Of a stretch of 24,000 bases of DNA, positions 8,292 through 17,630 are shown in pieces. The notes beneath the pieces were generated by a model. The model was not told the DNA's origin, ran no database searches, and saw only the letters and a program-made list of their open reading frames with translations. This stretch comes from Peptostreptococcaceae bacterium (GTDB lineage Bacteria; Bacillota; Clostridia; Peptostreptococcales; Filifactoraceae): assembly GCA_030532705.1 (NCBI GenBank), contig JAUNKR010000014.1, positions 19,681 through 43,680 on the forward strand, written 5' to 3'. Positions within the stretch are counted from its first letter, which is position 1. The number at the start of each line of letters is the position of its first letter. The translations under genes and the position numbers were made by a program.

Positions 8292-8446
8292 TACTGCCAT
8301 CAGATCCTATCCTGATGATCTTTCTATTCTTATCGATAGGCATCCATAACTATACTTGATCTCTGCCTAACAAACTCAATTTTGATCCCTCTTCGAATCC
8401 GATCGCATTTGATCTGTGAACAAAGCTTTGTCTTGAGTTTTCATGA

Positions 8447-9175
8447 TCACATTTCCTCTATGAGATGTTTCCAATAATACTTCGGCAGATTCCCTCTTTG
8501 AAGGATCTTATTCTCCCTTTCTTTGATCGAGATCGATCGGTGAAATAGCTTCCATAGCTCAGAAAAAACAAGTTCTTCATCGCTCCACTCCGCATTCACG
8601 CTTTCCGTTAAAAACAGCTCCGTCGATTCGGTATCATAATATGCCAACATCCCACGCTTTTTATCAAAGATCGCAAATCGTTCATTGCGCAAGCGATTCT
8701 TGAAATGAGCGATCAGTGTAGGTAAAATATTGTTTTTAGGCTCGATCACCGAAAATAAAGTTCCATCCTTCATTTCTCTGAAACGAACCAGCCCTAAATA
8801 CCGATGTCTCTCCCCAAGGACCTGCTTTACATACTGTCTCATCCGGATAACATCATCTTCCATGATATCCATGATTTTCGCACCGATCTTGACCGCTCTG
8901 TAGATCGTTCGTACAGCTACTGTATCTTTATCCTGTTGATAGGACAAAAAACATGCCCGCACATCATCCATGAACTGCAATGAGATCTCATTTCGAATAT
9001 ACTTCTCCACTCTCCTTGCCTTTGCGAAATCTGTAGGAACGAATATTTCAAGATCATCCCATCTCATCTGCTTTGTATTGCAACAGACACGACGGATCTT
9101 CTGCTGCTCTTTGTAGGCATCGAATACCACTGTCAAAAGACCGTCAAAAGTTCCATCATACCAATAATCGATCAT
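8447..9175 (-). CDS. DUF4130 / TIGR03915-like putative DNA metabolism protein (partner of the DNA modification/repair radical SAM protein)
   Basis: 242 aa. The N-terminus MIDYWYDGTFDGLLTVVFDAY is characteristic of this family as I recall it. A strong GGAGG SD sits 5 nt upstream. The gene overlaps the upstream radical SAM gene by 20 nt. Confidence 0.7.
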   Translation of the reverse strand: MIDYWYDGTFDGLLTVVFDAYKEQQKIRRVCCNTKQMRWDDLEIFVPTDFAKARRVEKYIRNEISLQFMDDVRACFLSYQQDKDTVAVRTIYRAVKIGAKIMDIMEDDVIRMRQYVKQVLGERHRYLGLVRFREMKDGTLFSVIEPKNNILPTLIAHFKNRLRNERFAIFDKKRGMLAYYDTESTELFLTESVNAEWSDEELVFSELWKLFHRSISIKERENKILQRGNLPKYYWKHLIEEM

Positions 9176-10472
9176 TGGATCCTCCTTGTAAAAGCTTCAT
9201 CGATAGACGATCGCTTTCCAAAATATTTCCTTCGTCAAAAAAACTCATTTGCTTTCCCTCTAAAAACGAATTATCTTGAAGCTGATCCCTGATATATCCC
9301 GCATCATCCTTTCGGTATCCGTAAAACTCCCCATCGACAGTAATAAAATACTTCGCTCTTTTTAAGACTACGCCGATCTTTTTCAAATGCTCATACTTTA
9401 GCTTCCCATGCTTTCTCGCTTTTATGATACGCAGTGCCGATGTCACCCCCAAGCCCGGGATACGCAAAAGCTCCTCATAGCTCGCTTTATTGATCTCCAT
9501 TGGAAAGAGATGCAGATTATTGACAGCCCAATTCGCTTTTGGATCCAATAAAACATCAAAAAATGGCTGTTTTTCACTCAAAAGCTCTTTTGCTTCAAAT
9601 TTATAAAAACGGAGCAACCAATCCGCCTGGTATAAGCGATGTTCTCGCAGAGGAGATCCCGCTTTATGTTGTGCAAGCAAACCTCTTTTATTTACGGGTA
9701 CGTACGCGGAATAATAGACCCTTTTTAAATCGAAGCTTTTATACAGATATTCACTCTTACTCAGTATCGTATAATCATTTTCTCCACCTGCTCCGACGAT
9801 CATCTGAGTGGTTTGCCCTGCCGGAACAAATGCAGGCGTACTTTTGATCAATTTTTGTTCATGTGCTCTTTGGATCTGACGCTCATGAACACAATTCATC
9901 GATCGCACGATATCGCTCACCTTTTTATCCGGTGCTAAAAGTTGCAGACTTTGATTATCCGCCATCTCGATATTCACAGAAACTCGGTCCACATACATCC
10001 CCAATGTATAGATCAATTCAGCACTCGCTCCCGGGATCACTTTCATATGGATATACCCGTTGAATTTTTCGACCATGCGAAGACGGCGAGCGATCTGGAT
10101 CAATCGCTCCATCGTGTGATCCGGATCCTTCAAAATGCCGGAACTCAAAAACAATCCCTCGATGTAATTGCGACGATAAAAATTTATCGTCAATCGGACG
10201 ATCTCATCCGGTGTTAAAGTCGCACGCTCAATATCATTGCTTCTTCGGTTGATGCAATACTCACAGTCATAGATACAGTGATTTGTCATCAGGATCTTCA
10301 GCAAAGAGATACATCTTCCATCAGATGACCATGAATGGCAAATACCGCTTTTATGTGCGTTTCCGATCCCATCTTTCGTATTCTTTCTCTGACTCCCGCT
10401 CGACGAACAGGATACATCATACTTTGCAGAATCACTTAATATCCTTAGCTTATCTTCCAGACTTTTGCTCAT
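9156..10472 (-). CDS. Putative DNA modification/repair radical SAM protein (TIGR03916-like)
   Basis: It has the radical SAM motif NHCIYDCEYCINR (CX3CX2C) and a C-terminal helix-hairpin-helix-like segment ELLRIPGLGVTSALRIIKARKHG. The ORF-track start at 10511 is a GTG without an SD. I place the start at the ATG at 10472-10470 (MSKSLEDKL), preceded by GGAGG (10482-10478). Confidence 0.85.
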   Translation of the reverse strand: MSKSLEDKLRILSDSAKYDVSCSSSGSQRKNTKDGIGNAHKSGICHSWSSDGRCISLLKILMTNHCIYDCEYCINRRSNDIERATLTPDEIVRLTINFYRRNYIEGLFLSSGILKDPDHTMERLIQIARRLRMVEKFNGYIHMKVIPGASAELIYTLGMYVDRVSVNIEMADNQSLQLLAPDKKVSDIVRSMNCVHERQIQRAHEQKLIKSTPAFVPAGQTTQMIVGAGGENDYTILSKSEYLYKSFDLKRVYYSAYVPVNKRGLLAQHKAGSPLREHRLYQADWLLRFYKFEAKELLSEKQPFFDVLLDPKANWAVNNLHLFPMEINKASYEELLRIPGLGVTSALRIIKARKHGKLKYEHLKKIGVVLKRAKYFITVDGEFYGYRKDDAGYIRDQLQDNSFLEGKQMSFFDEGNILESDRLSMKLLQGGSNDRLLV

Positions 10473-10726
10473 CTTTACCTCCGATCCACCAAAAAATTCT
10501 ATGTTCCACACTTTTTCCGGAATAAATTGTTTTTAGATCTGATCTTTTTCTACATTTTCTACTTTTAATCACACTATATCATAAACAAAACAAGAAAACC
10601 AGAAATTTTCTCATTTTATTCTTTATTTTTCTATTGAATTTTCTTCTTTTTTAGTATAAAGTATAGAAAAGTATTTCTTAGAAACCGAATAAGCGGTTTC
10701 TTCTAAAGACGGAGTATTTCTACTCA

Positions 10727-11260
10727 ATGAAAAGGATGGAAATTATGAAAACAGCTCTTTGTATTGAAAAAATGATCGAGTTTTATAATGGTGATCTACG
10801 CGAAATAAATCACTTCCTAAAAGTTTTTTCATTTGCTCAAACGATCGGAAAGCTGGAGGATCTGGACGAAAAAACACAGGAAATTTTGGAAGTGAGCGCT
10901 ATTGTACACGATATCGCTTGTCCCTTATGTCGTGAGAAATATGGCCATGCGGACGGAAAACTTCAAGAAAAAGAAGGAATGCCTCTAGCGATCTCTTTTC
11001 TCTCCTCACTGAATTACGAAAAGACCTTGATCGATCGTGTAAGTTATCTGGTAGGACATCACCACAGTTACGATAATGTCGACGGATCGGATCATCAGAT
11101 CCTTCTGGAAGCCGACTTCTTAGTGAATGCTTTTGAGAGCAACTATTCCGAGGAGCAACTCTATCATGGATTTAAAAAAATTTTCAAAACAAGATCCGGC
11201 AAACAACTTTTTCTGAAAATGTATCCCATACGATCTCTTTTAGATGTAGATATTGCTTGA
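10727..11260 (+). CDS. HD-domain metal-dependent phosphohydrolase
   Basis: 177 aa with an HD signature (AIVHDIACP) and a downstream VGHHHSY. The start is ambiguous: ATG codons occur at 10727, 10736 and 10745, and the AAAGGA SD-like sequence best fits 10745 (MKTALCIEK). Confidence 0.8.
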   Translation: MKRMEIMKTALCIEKMIEFYNGDLREINHFLKVFSFAQTIGKLEDLDEKTQEILEVSAIVHDIACPLCREKYGHADGKLQEKEGMPLAISFLSSLNYEKTLIDRVSYLVGHHHSYDNVDGSDHQILLEADFLVNAFESNYSEEQLYHGFKKIFKTRSGKQLFLKMYPIRSLLDVDIA

Positions 11261-11269
11261 TCTTATAAT

Positions 11270-11301
11270 AAAATGGGCTGAACGATCGTTCAGCCCATTT
11301 T
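11270..11301. terminator. Bidirectional rho-independent terminator between the convergent HD and flavodoxin-like genes
   Basis: Perfect palindrome AAAATGGGCTGAACGATCGTTCAGCCCATTTT. The GC-rich stem GGGCTGAAC/GTTCAGCCC is flanked by an A-run and a T-run, so it is U-tailed on either strand. Confidence 0.75.
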
Positions 11302-11302
11302 A

Positions 11303-11764
11303 TTATTCTATCTTCATTTTCTGGATCACTTCTTCAACAAATACGATCGCATTTTGAATATCATCTTCATTCGGATGATCCGGCCTTTGCTCATACATCG
11401 ATCGGAATGGTCCGAAAGTATCGTAACCCCTGCACTCAAACTCACCGAGAACATCAAAGCCTTTTTCGCTCAACTCTTCTGAAAATGCATTTGCAAACTC
11501 GCCTTTACCGATACCGCTCGTGAGGATCACAAAAGTCTGATCAGGCAATCCTTCCTGTTCATTCAAAAACTTTCGGATCAATTTATGCGGTCTTGCCATA
11601 TAGATCCCGGATGCGAACCCTATCATTTCATAAGGAGACAGATCTACAGATTTTATTTGTGTAATATCATATAGATCTACCGGGCATTTTTGAGCAATCC
11701 TCTTTACCAACTTTTCTGTATTTTTATGATGCACGGATGCATAAATGATCGCAACTTTCGGCAT
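11303..11764 (-). CDS. Flavodoxin-like fold protein
   Basis: 153 aa. The N-terminus MPKVAIIYASVHHKNTEKLV is typical of short flavodoxin-family proteins, and GFASGIY / ILTSG are glycine-rich FMN-loop-like segments. An AAGGGGGA SD sits 4 nt upstream. Confidence 0.7.
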   Translation of the reverse strand: MPKVAIIYASVHHKNTEKLVKRIAQKCPVDLYDITQIKSVDLSPYEMIGFASGIYMARPHKLIRKFLNEQEGLPDQTFVILTSGIGKGEFANAFSEELSEKGFDVLGEFECRGYDTFGPFRSMYEQRPDHPNEDDIQNAIVFVEEVIQKMKIE

Positions 11765-11822
11765 AAAATCCCCCTTTACTCGTTGAACAAAAAGAAAGCC
11801 TTAGGAGTTGTAATTTTGCTAT

Positions 11823-11852
11823 ATTATAGCACAAAATTTTTCACCTTTTCAA
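11823..11852 (-). promoter_or_regulatory. Promoter candidate for the flavodoxin-like gene
   Basis: On the minus strand: -35 TTGAAA (11852-11847), an 18-nt spacer, then an extended -10 TGcTATAAT (11831-11823). Confidence 0.5.
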
Positions 11853-12085
11853 TGTTTACACCAAAAACCCCCATATATTTCAAGCTTTTCATAAACTTTC
11901 TTCAACTTTGGAACAAACTCCTCCCCTAATCATATCGGCTTTTATTCTATTTTGTGAAGTCTTTTGAATAAAACTTTATATATCGCAATATGCCTAGGAA
12001 ATTTACGAAATAGAACTTACCCTACTCTTAGCGAATAATTTGTTCCTTCATTTTTATAAATCGTAATAATTTTTATATAAATCTA

Positions 12086-12114
12086 TTTACAATTTATATT
12101 TTGAATGTTAATAT
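12086..12114 (+). promoter_or_regulatory. Promoter candidate for the RHH-clpB operon
   Basis: -35 TTTACA (12086-12091), a 17-nt spacer, then an extended -10 TGtTAATAT (12106-12114). An 8-bp AT-only inverted repeat ATATAAAT (12075-12082) / ATTTATAT (12092-12099) brackets the -35 hexamer. Confidence 0.45.
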
Positions 12115-12132
12115 TTATATATGGAGGTTGTT

Positions 12133-12786
12133 ATGAAAAAAAATATGTATAGTTTAATGTTGTCGAACGGCATTATGCAAGAGATCGATCGAATCGCTTA
12201 CAAACTCGGTACCAACCGAAGTAATTTAATAAATCAAATTTTAGCAGAATATATTTCCTTCGAGACTCCGGAAATGAGGATCCGCGAGATCTTCGGAAAG
12301 ATCTCAAAACTGATCGAGAGCACGGACTTTATTTTGCTTTCGGAAGGAAATTCTACACTTTCACTAAAAAGCCCTCTCGAGTATAAATATCGTCCAACGA
12401 TCAAATATTCTTTGGAACTTCATAAGCACAGTGAAGACTCTCAGATCGGAATGCTACGAGTGCACTTTCGTACACAAAGTATAGAACTGTTGGATCATTT
12501 GGATGATTTTTTTAAGGCATTTGTAATTCTTGAAAGAAAATATATCCACGGTCTTTTTCCGAAGGACAGTATCCAGTATGAGATCGAAAGCGGAAAATTC
12601 CGCCGAAGTTTCCCGATGCCGATCTGTGATAATGAAGCGAACAATCAGATCATCAGCGAGGCGATCAGCTCGTATATCAACTGTTTTGACAAACTTTTGA
12701 AATGGTATCTTGCTTATCCCCACACCGGGTTTGAGCAATTGGAACAACAATATCTGAGCATAATAAAAAATAAAATTGTGATTTAG
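12133..12786 (+). CDS. Ribbon-helix-helix (CopG/Arc/MetJ-like) domain protein with an uncharacterised ~165-aa C-terminal domain
   Basis: The N-terminus [41 protein letters not shown] fits a strand-helix-helix pattern. I moved the start from 12121 to the ATG at 12133 because GGAGG at 12123-12127 is the SD. Its stop codon TAG (12784-12786) sits inside the clpB SD AGGAGG. Confidence 0.6.
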   Translation: MKKNMYSLMLSNGIMQEIDRIAYKLGTNRSNLINQILAEYISFETPEMRIREIFGKISKLIESTDFILLSEGNSTLSLKSPLEYKYRPTIKYSLELHKHSEDSQIGMLRVHFRTQSIELLDHLDDFFKAFVILERKYIHGLFPKDSIQYEIESGKFRRSFPMPICDNEANNQIISEAISSYINCFDKLLKWYLAYPHTGFEQLEQQYLSIIKNKIVI

Positions 12787-12794
12787 GAGGTACA

Positions 12795-15380
12795 ATGAAC
12801 ACACAAAAATTTACTCAAAAAACTATTGCTGCTTTGACTGATGCTCGAAGCAATGCAATTTCAAGAAACAACACTCAAGTTGAACCGGAGCATCTGATGT
12901 TTGCGCTACTGGATCAAGAGGACGGCCTGATCCCCCGACTGCTTCAAAAGATGGGGATCGATCTGCACTTTGCCCTAAGCATCGTCCTCGAGCATCTAAA
13001 CAAGCTTCCTTCCGTGACCGGCGGAGAACAAACGGTTTACTACTCTCCTGCGATCGAAAGGATCTTGATCGAATCCGAAAAAAGCGCTAAAGAGTTCAAA
13101 GATGAATATGTTTCTGTCGAACATCTGGTACTGGGCTTTCTCGCCGACAAAAACGATAAAGTTCGTTCAATGATGCGATCCATCGGAATTGAAAAACAAA
13201 ATTTCCTAGAGGCTCTACAGAGTGTTCGAAGCAATCGACGGATCGATAATGATAATCCTGAAGAAAATTACGAGGCACTGACCAAGTATGGTTATGATCT
13301 TGTAGAGCGTGCACGAAGTCAGAAATTAGATCCTGTGATCGGACGTGATAATGAGATCCGAAACCTTATTCGTATCCTTTCCAGAAAAACCAAGAACAAT
13401 CCGGTTTTGATCGGGGAACCCGGCGTTGGAAAAACAGCTATCGTTGAAGGTCTTGCGATCCGAATATTGAAAGGGGATGTTCCGGAAGGCTTAAAAAACA
13501 AAACCATTTTTTCACTCGATATGGGTTCATTGATCGCCGGAGCAAAATTTCGGGGCGAGTTTGAAGAACGTCTCAAGGCCGTCCTAAATGAAGTCAAAGA
13601 ATCTGACGGAAGGATCATTCTTTTCATCGACGAGCTTCATAATATTGTCGGCGCCGGAAAAACGGATGGTGCTATGGATGCCGGAAACCTTCTAAAACCG
13701 ATGCTCGCTCGTGGCGAATTGCATTGTATCGGTGCCACCACATTGGATGAGTATCGAAAATATATCGAAAAAGACGCCGCTTTAGAAAGACGTTTCCAAC
13801 CCGTACTTGCAGACGAGCCGACGGTCGAAGATACGATCACTATCTTACGCGGCCTTAAAGAACGTTATGAGTTATTCCACGGTGTATCTATCGCAGACTC
13901 CGCACTTATCAGTGCAGCGACTCTTTCCCATCGATATATCAGCGATCGATTTTTACCGGATAAAGCGATCGATCTTGTGGACGAAGCCTGCGCAATGATC
14001 CGAACAGAGATCGATTCTCTCCCGACTGAACTGGATGAGATCTCCCGAAAGATCATGCAGCTTGAAATCGAAGAAGAGGCACTCAAAAAAGAGACCGATA
14101 AGCTTAGTTTAGAAAGACTTGAAAACACTCAGCGGGAGCTGGCTGATTTTCGGGACGAATTTGCTGTCATGAAAGCAAAGTGGGAAAGCGAAAAAGAAGG
14201 TATCGTTGCGATACAAAAATTAAAAGAAGAATTGGGCAATGTCAATTCAGAAATCGAGCGTGCTGAAAGAGAATATAATCTGGAGCGCCTTGCTGAATTA
14301 AAATATGGCATCCTCCCAAAATTACAGGCTGATTTGGAAAAAGCCGAAAACGAAAATCAAAATTCGAATCAGCATACTCTCCTTCGAGATCGTGTGACTG
14401 ATGAAGAAATTGCAAAGATCATCGCAAGATGGACAGGTATCCCGGTTACAAAATTGCTGGAAGGAGAAAAAGAAAAGATCCTGAATCTGGAGAATATCCT
14501 ACACCAAAGAGTGATCGGACAAGATCAGGCTGTGGCAAAGGTATCTGAAGCGATCCTTCGATCTCGCGCAGGAATTTCCGACCCGAATCGTCCGATCGGA
14601 TCCTTTATGTTCCTTGGGCCTACCGGTGTCGGTAAGACCGAATTGGCGAAGGCCCTTGCAGAAAGCTTGTTTGATGATGAACAAAATATCATCCGGATCG
14701 ATATGTCCGAGTATATGGAAAAACATTCCGTCTCTCGTTTGGTAGGAGCTCCTCCGGGATATATCGGCTATGATGAAGGCGGTCAGCTGACAGAGGCTGT
14801 CCGAAGAAAACCTTACTCGGTCATTCTGTTTGACGAAGTGGAAAAAGCACACCATGACGTATTTAATATTCTTCTTCAGGTGCTTGACGATGGACGGATC
14901 ACCGACTCGCAAGGAAGAACAGTCGATTTCAAAAACACGATCATCATCATGACCTCCAACCTCGGCTCAGAATACCTTCTCTCCGGGATCGATCCGGATG
15001 GGAACTTAACTCAAGAAGCTATCGATCAAGTAAATAGTCTTCTTAAAATGTCTTTCCGACCGGAATTTTTGAATCGATTGGATGAGATCGTATTCTACAA
15101 ACCACTGAACAAAAACGAAGTTCTTTCGATCATTGATCTGATCATCAAAAAACTTGGCGACCGACTTGAACAGCAGCAGCTGAAATTAGAAGTGACGCCA
15201 GAAGCGAGAAACTTCATTGCGGATGCCGCTTATGATCCGCTTTATGGGGCACGTCCACTGAAGCGATATATCCAAAGTAAACTGGAGACCTTGATCGCAC
15301 GAAAGATCATCATCGGAGATCTTGATCTCGATTCAAAGATCATCGTTGATCTGGAAGAAGAAAAGCTGATCATTCGATAA
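12795..15380 (+). CDS. clpB: ATP-dependent chaperone / disaggregase ClpB
   Basis: 861 aa. It has a Clp N-domain, two AAA+ modules with Walker A motifs [15 protein letters not shown] and [15 protein letters not shown], a long coiled-coil middle domain (EIDSLP...[10 protein letters not shown]) between them, and no ClpP-docking loop. Confidence 0.97.
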   Translation: MNTQKFTQKTIAALTDARSNAISRNNTQVEPEHLMFALLDQEDGLIPRLLQKMGIDLHFALSIVLEHLNKLPSVTGGEQTVYYSPAIERILIESEKSAKEFKDEYVSVEHLVLGFLADKNDKVRSMMRSIGIEKQNFLEALQSVRSNRRIDNDNPEENYEALTKYGYDLVERARSQKLDPVIGRDNEIRNLIRILSRKTKNNPVLIGEPGVGKTAIVEGLAIRILKGDVPEGLKNKTIFSLDMGSLIAGAKFRGEFEERLKAVLNEVKESDGRIILFIDELHNIVGAGKTDGAMDAGNLLKPMLARGELHCIGATTLDEYRKYIEKDAALERRFQPVLADEPTVEDTITILRGLKERYELFHGVSIADSALISAATLSHRYISDRFLPDKAIDLVDEACAMIRTEIDSLPTELDEISRKIMQLEIEEEALKKETDKLSLERLENTQRELADFRDEFAVMKAKWESEKEGIVAIQKLKEELGNVNSEIERAEREYNLERLAELKYGILPKLQADLEKAENENQNSNQHTLLRDRVTDEEIAKIIARWTGIPVTKLLEGEKEKILNLENILHQRVIGQDQAVAKVSEAILRSRAGISDPNRPIGSFMFLGPTGVGKTELAKALAESLFDDEQNIIRIDMSEYMEKHSVSRLVGAPPGYIGYDEGGQLTEAVRRKPYSVILFDEVEKAHHDVFNILLQVLDDGRITDSQGRTVDFKNTIIIMTSNLGSEYLLSGIDPDGNLTQEAIDQVNSLLKMSFRPEFLNRLDEIVFYKPLNKNEVLSIIDLIIKKLGDRLEQQQLKLEVTPEARNFIADAAYDPLYGARPLKRYIQSKLETLIARKIIIGDLDLDSKIIVDLEEEKLIIR

Positions 15381-15393
15381 AAATATAAACAGC

Positions 15394-15421
15394 AAAAAAC
15401 GCTTGAATTCAAGCGTTTTTT
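15394..15421. terminator. Bidirectional rho-independent terminator between convergent clpB and the LCP gene
   Basis: AAAAAACGCTTG-AATT-CAAGCGTTTTTT: a 6-bp GC-containing stem extended by A/T runs on both sides. Confidence 0.8.
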
Positions 15422-15440
15422 GTTATGATAAGAAATCCTT

Positions 15441-16430
15441 CTATTCTTTTTTATCATTTTCCGTTACGACATTATCTCCCGTCGTGGTCGCACTTGGCGG
15501 AGGGTCCACCGCATCCGAAAGCAGTTCGATCAATAGATCATTTTTCCCTGTTTCATCAACGATCCAATAGTCTACTCCACCGATCCGCTGACCTCCTCCC
15601 GGAATATGCGCCTTCTCGATCGTGGATGGATCAAATTTGAGCAATAGCGACTTGGATAGGTCCAGCATCTGCTTTTTACTCATATCCGTCTCAACATTTC
15701 GAGAAAGGATATCAATATATGTCGGCACGTTGACTACTAAGGATGGCGATACGATCTTTTCCATCATAAGTTTTACAAATTCCTGCTGAGCTCCGATCCG
15801 ACCAATATCCGGAATAACATAACCGCTCCTAAAACGAAGATACTTCACCGCTTCTTCTCCGCTGAGCGTCTGTAATCCTTTTGTGAAATGGATCTTGAGT
15901 GCTGCATAATGCATATCCTGAGGAATATCGATCTCCAGACCTCCAACGGCATCTACCAATTCCGTTACCGCATTATAATCCACCTTCACATAATGATGGA
16001 TCGGTATTTCCAAAAAGTTTGAAATGGTCCTGATCGCCAGATCCGTTCCTCCATAAGAGTGGGCATGATTGATCTTGTCCATTCCGTAACCTTCAATAGG
16101 TACTCTGGAATCCCTCGGTATCGAAAGCAAAAACGATTTATTGTTTTTAGGATTATAGCTAAAGAGCATGATGGTATCCGTTCTGGTGCCTCGCTGACCT
16201 TCATCACTTCCAAGCTTGAGATAATCTACTCCCATCACAAGAATGTTGATACGTTCGGTCAATTCCGGAACGACCTCTTCCAAACTCTCGATATTCTTTT
16301 CCTCGTTTTCCTTCATCTTCGCCTGATGATCCCGCTCTAAATAATAGCTGATCCCTGCACCGATCGCTACGGAAAACACAAAAAATAATGTAAAAAATAA
16401 TAAAACTCCGGTTCTTAGTTTTCTTCTCAT
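15441..16430 (-). CDS. LCP family (LytR-CpsA-Psr) cell-envelope glycopolymer transferase
   Basis: It has an N-terminal TM helix (GVLLFFTLFFVFSVAIGAGISYYL) and the LCP core NILVMGVD...TRTDTIMLFSYNP...LLSIPRDS...KINHAHSYGG. The ORF-track ATG at 16463 lacks an SD. The ATG at 16430 (MRRKLRT) is preceded by GGAGTGAGG, so I start there. Confidence 0.88.
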   Translation of the reverse strand: MRRKLRTGVLLFFTLFFVFSVAIGAGISYYLERDHQAKMKENEEKNIESLEEVVPELTERINILVMGVDYLKLGSDEGQRGTRTDTIMLFSYNPKNNKSFLLSIPRDSRVPIEGYGMDKINHAHSYGGTDLAIRTISNFLEIPIHHYVKVDYNAVTELVDAVGGLEIDIPQDMHYAALKIHFTKGLQTLSGEEAVKYLRFRSGYVIPDIGRIGAQQEFVKLMMEKIVSPSLVVNVPTYIDILSRNVETDMSKKQMLDLSKSLLLKFDPSTIEKAHIPGGGQRIGGVDYWIVDETGKNDLLIELLSDAVDPPPSATTTGDNVVTENDKKE

Positions 16431-16489
16431 ATGCCTCACTCCATTTTGGTTTTGCTCGATCATTCTAACATATTTTCGGCAGATTGTAA

Positions 16490-16518
16490 ATAATCCTAAG
16501 AGCTAGAGGTCGTGTCAA
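16490..16518 (-). promoter_or_regulatory. Promoter candidate for the LCP gene
   Basis: On the minus strand: perfect -35 TTGACA (16518-16513), a 17-nt spacer, then -10 GATTAT (16495-16490). Confidence 0.35.
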
Positions 16519-16611
16519 GCGATGCTTTCCATATCGACCAAAGTCACAGTACAGACTAGGTATCTTATATCCCTTATCCGTGCACTTCTATGTTCAATCC
16601 CCTGTTCCTTC

Positions 16612-17493
16612 TTATAACTCTATTCCGGTCAAGTACTCCACATGCCGAAGGTCACTTATCATAAACCGATATTCCGGTGTGATCAACTCCTCCCCAATCT
16701 CAGAAATCTTATACCAGCAACTGTTGGGAGAAGATGGGTTTTTGAGTATATGAAACTCTTGCGCCGGCATAAAGCCTTGCGCCAGAAGAAATGCTTTGTC
16801 CCCATTCTGATCTTCGCAAAGATCTGCAACCATCACAACATGTCCCGGGCTGCCTCCTTTTATAAAAATATCACCGATCTGAAGATCGGTAAGCTCTATT
16901 TTTTCACTTTCTTCTACCATTGAAAGAGTTGATGAGTATGCAAAAACCATATTCAGATACTTCTCAAAAGTCACTTTATCGTCTAGAAGTCCCGTCTGTT
17001 TCTGCCAAGTAGTTCCCGGTCCACTAAAAACAACTCGATAACCTTCTCTCCAATGCTTGTAGTCACATAAAAATCCATCGACAAAATGAAAAGCGATCTT
17101 ATCTTTTTGATCTGTTTGATAAAGATATTCCGCATAGATCCGCATGACAGAATCTGCGCATTGTTGTAGATCTCTTTCACCAAGCTTCATATCAAAAACA
17201 GCTTCATGATCCGATTGATTCGCTTTCTTTTTTCCATCGAACAGAAGAATCGGACTGCCGTGTTCTTTGAGTGGATAGTGACGAATAAAATCAGCAAAAC
17301 TTCCCTCTTCGGCCGCAACTCTCTCAAATCCCTTCGGTATGTAAAATCTACTTTCTATCGTGTTCCCTGCCGGATCGATCATTTGTTCAGCCTGCTCAGA
17401 CTCCTGTGAAGTGATGTATCCCCTCCCGGACTCTAGATCAACACAACCTGTCAAAAGAATCAGAATGACAAAAAGAATAGTACACTTCTTCAT
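16612..17493 (-). CDS. Putative lipoprotein, DUF4846-like (function unknown)
   Basis: The start is moved to the ATG at 17493 (MKKCTILFVILILLTGC), which has GGAGG 5 nt upstream. There is a clear signal peptide with lipobox LTGC. The GDIFIKGGSPGHVVMV segment resembles papain-like/amidase-fold uncharacterised families. The family name is from memory only. Confidence 0.55.
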   Translation of the reverse strand: MKKCTILFVILILLTGCVDLESGRGYITSQESEQAEQMIDPAGNTIESRFYIPKGFERVAAEEGSFADFIRHYPLKEHGSPILLFDGKKKANQSDHEAVFDMKLGERDLQQCADSVMRIYAEYLYQTDQKDKIAFHFVDGFLCDYKHWREGYRVVFSGPGTTWQKQTGLLDDKVTFEKYLNMVFAYSSTLSMVEESEKIELTDLQIGDIFIKGGSPGHVVMVADLCEDQNGDKAFLLAQGFMPAQEFHILKNPSSPNSCWYKISEIGEELITPEYRFMISDLRHVEYLTGIEL

Positions 17494-17540
17494 CACAGCC
17501 TCCTTCTGCTCACAAAGTAAAATGATAACCATTTTCTGCT

Positions 17541-17570
17541 ATTGTAACATATCCATCTATTCGATTCCAA
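17541..17570 (-). promoter_or_regulatory. Promoter candidate for the lipoprotein gene
   Basis: On the minus strand: -35 TTGGAA (17570-17565), an 18-nt spacer, then an extended -10 TGtTACAAT (17549-17541). Confidence 0.4.
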
Positions 17571-17592
17571 TTTTGGAAGTTTCACAAACAGA

Positions 17593-17620
17593 CAAAAAGA
17601 GCTGTAACGACTACAGCTCT
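17593..17620 (-). terminator. Rho-independent terminator closing the hypD-proC-regulator transcription unit
   Basis: On the minus strand: AGAGCTGTA-GTCGT-TACAGCTCT (9-bp perfect stem, 5-nt loop), followed by TTTTTG. It lies 11 nt after the regulator stop codon. Confidence 0.7.
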
Positions 17621-17630
17621 TAAAAATGAT

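Noticed and set aside
13040-14912. Several 60-137 aa ORFs antisense to clpB. Similar antisense or out-of-frame ORFs lie inside every long gene in the track, for example 2362-2562, 4331-4660, 5460-5795, 9539-9847, 19516-19830 and 21244-21564.
   Set aside because: They sit entirely within well-supported genes on the opposite strand or in another frame. Their composition is low-complexity, Ser/Arg/Leu/Ile-rich and shadow-like, and they lack SD sequences. I treat them as shadow ORFs.
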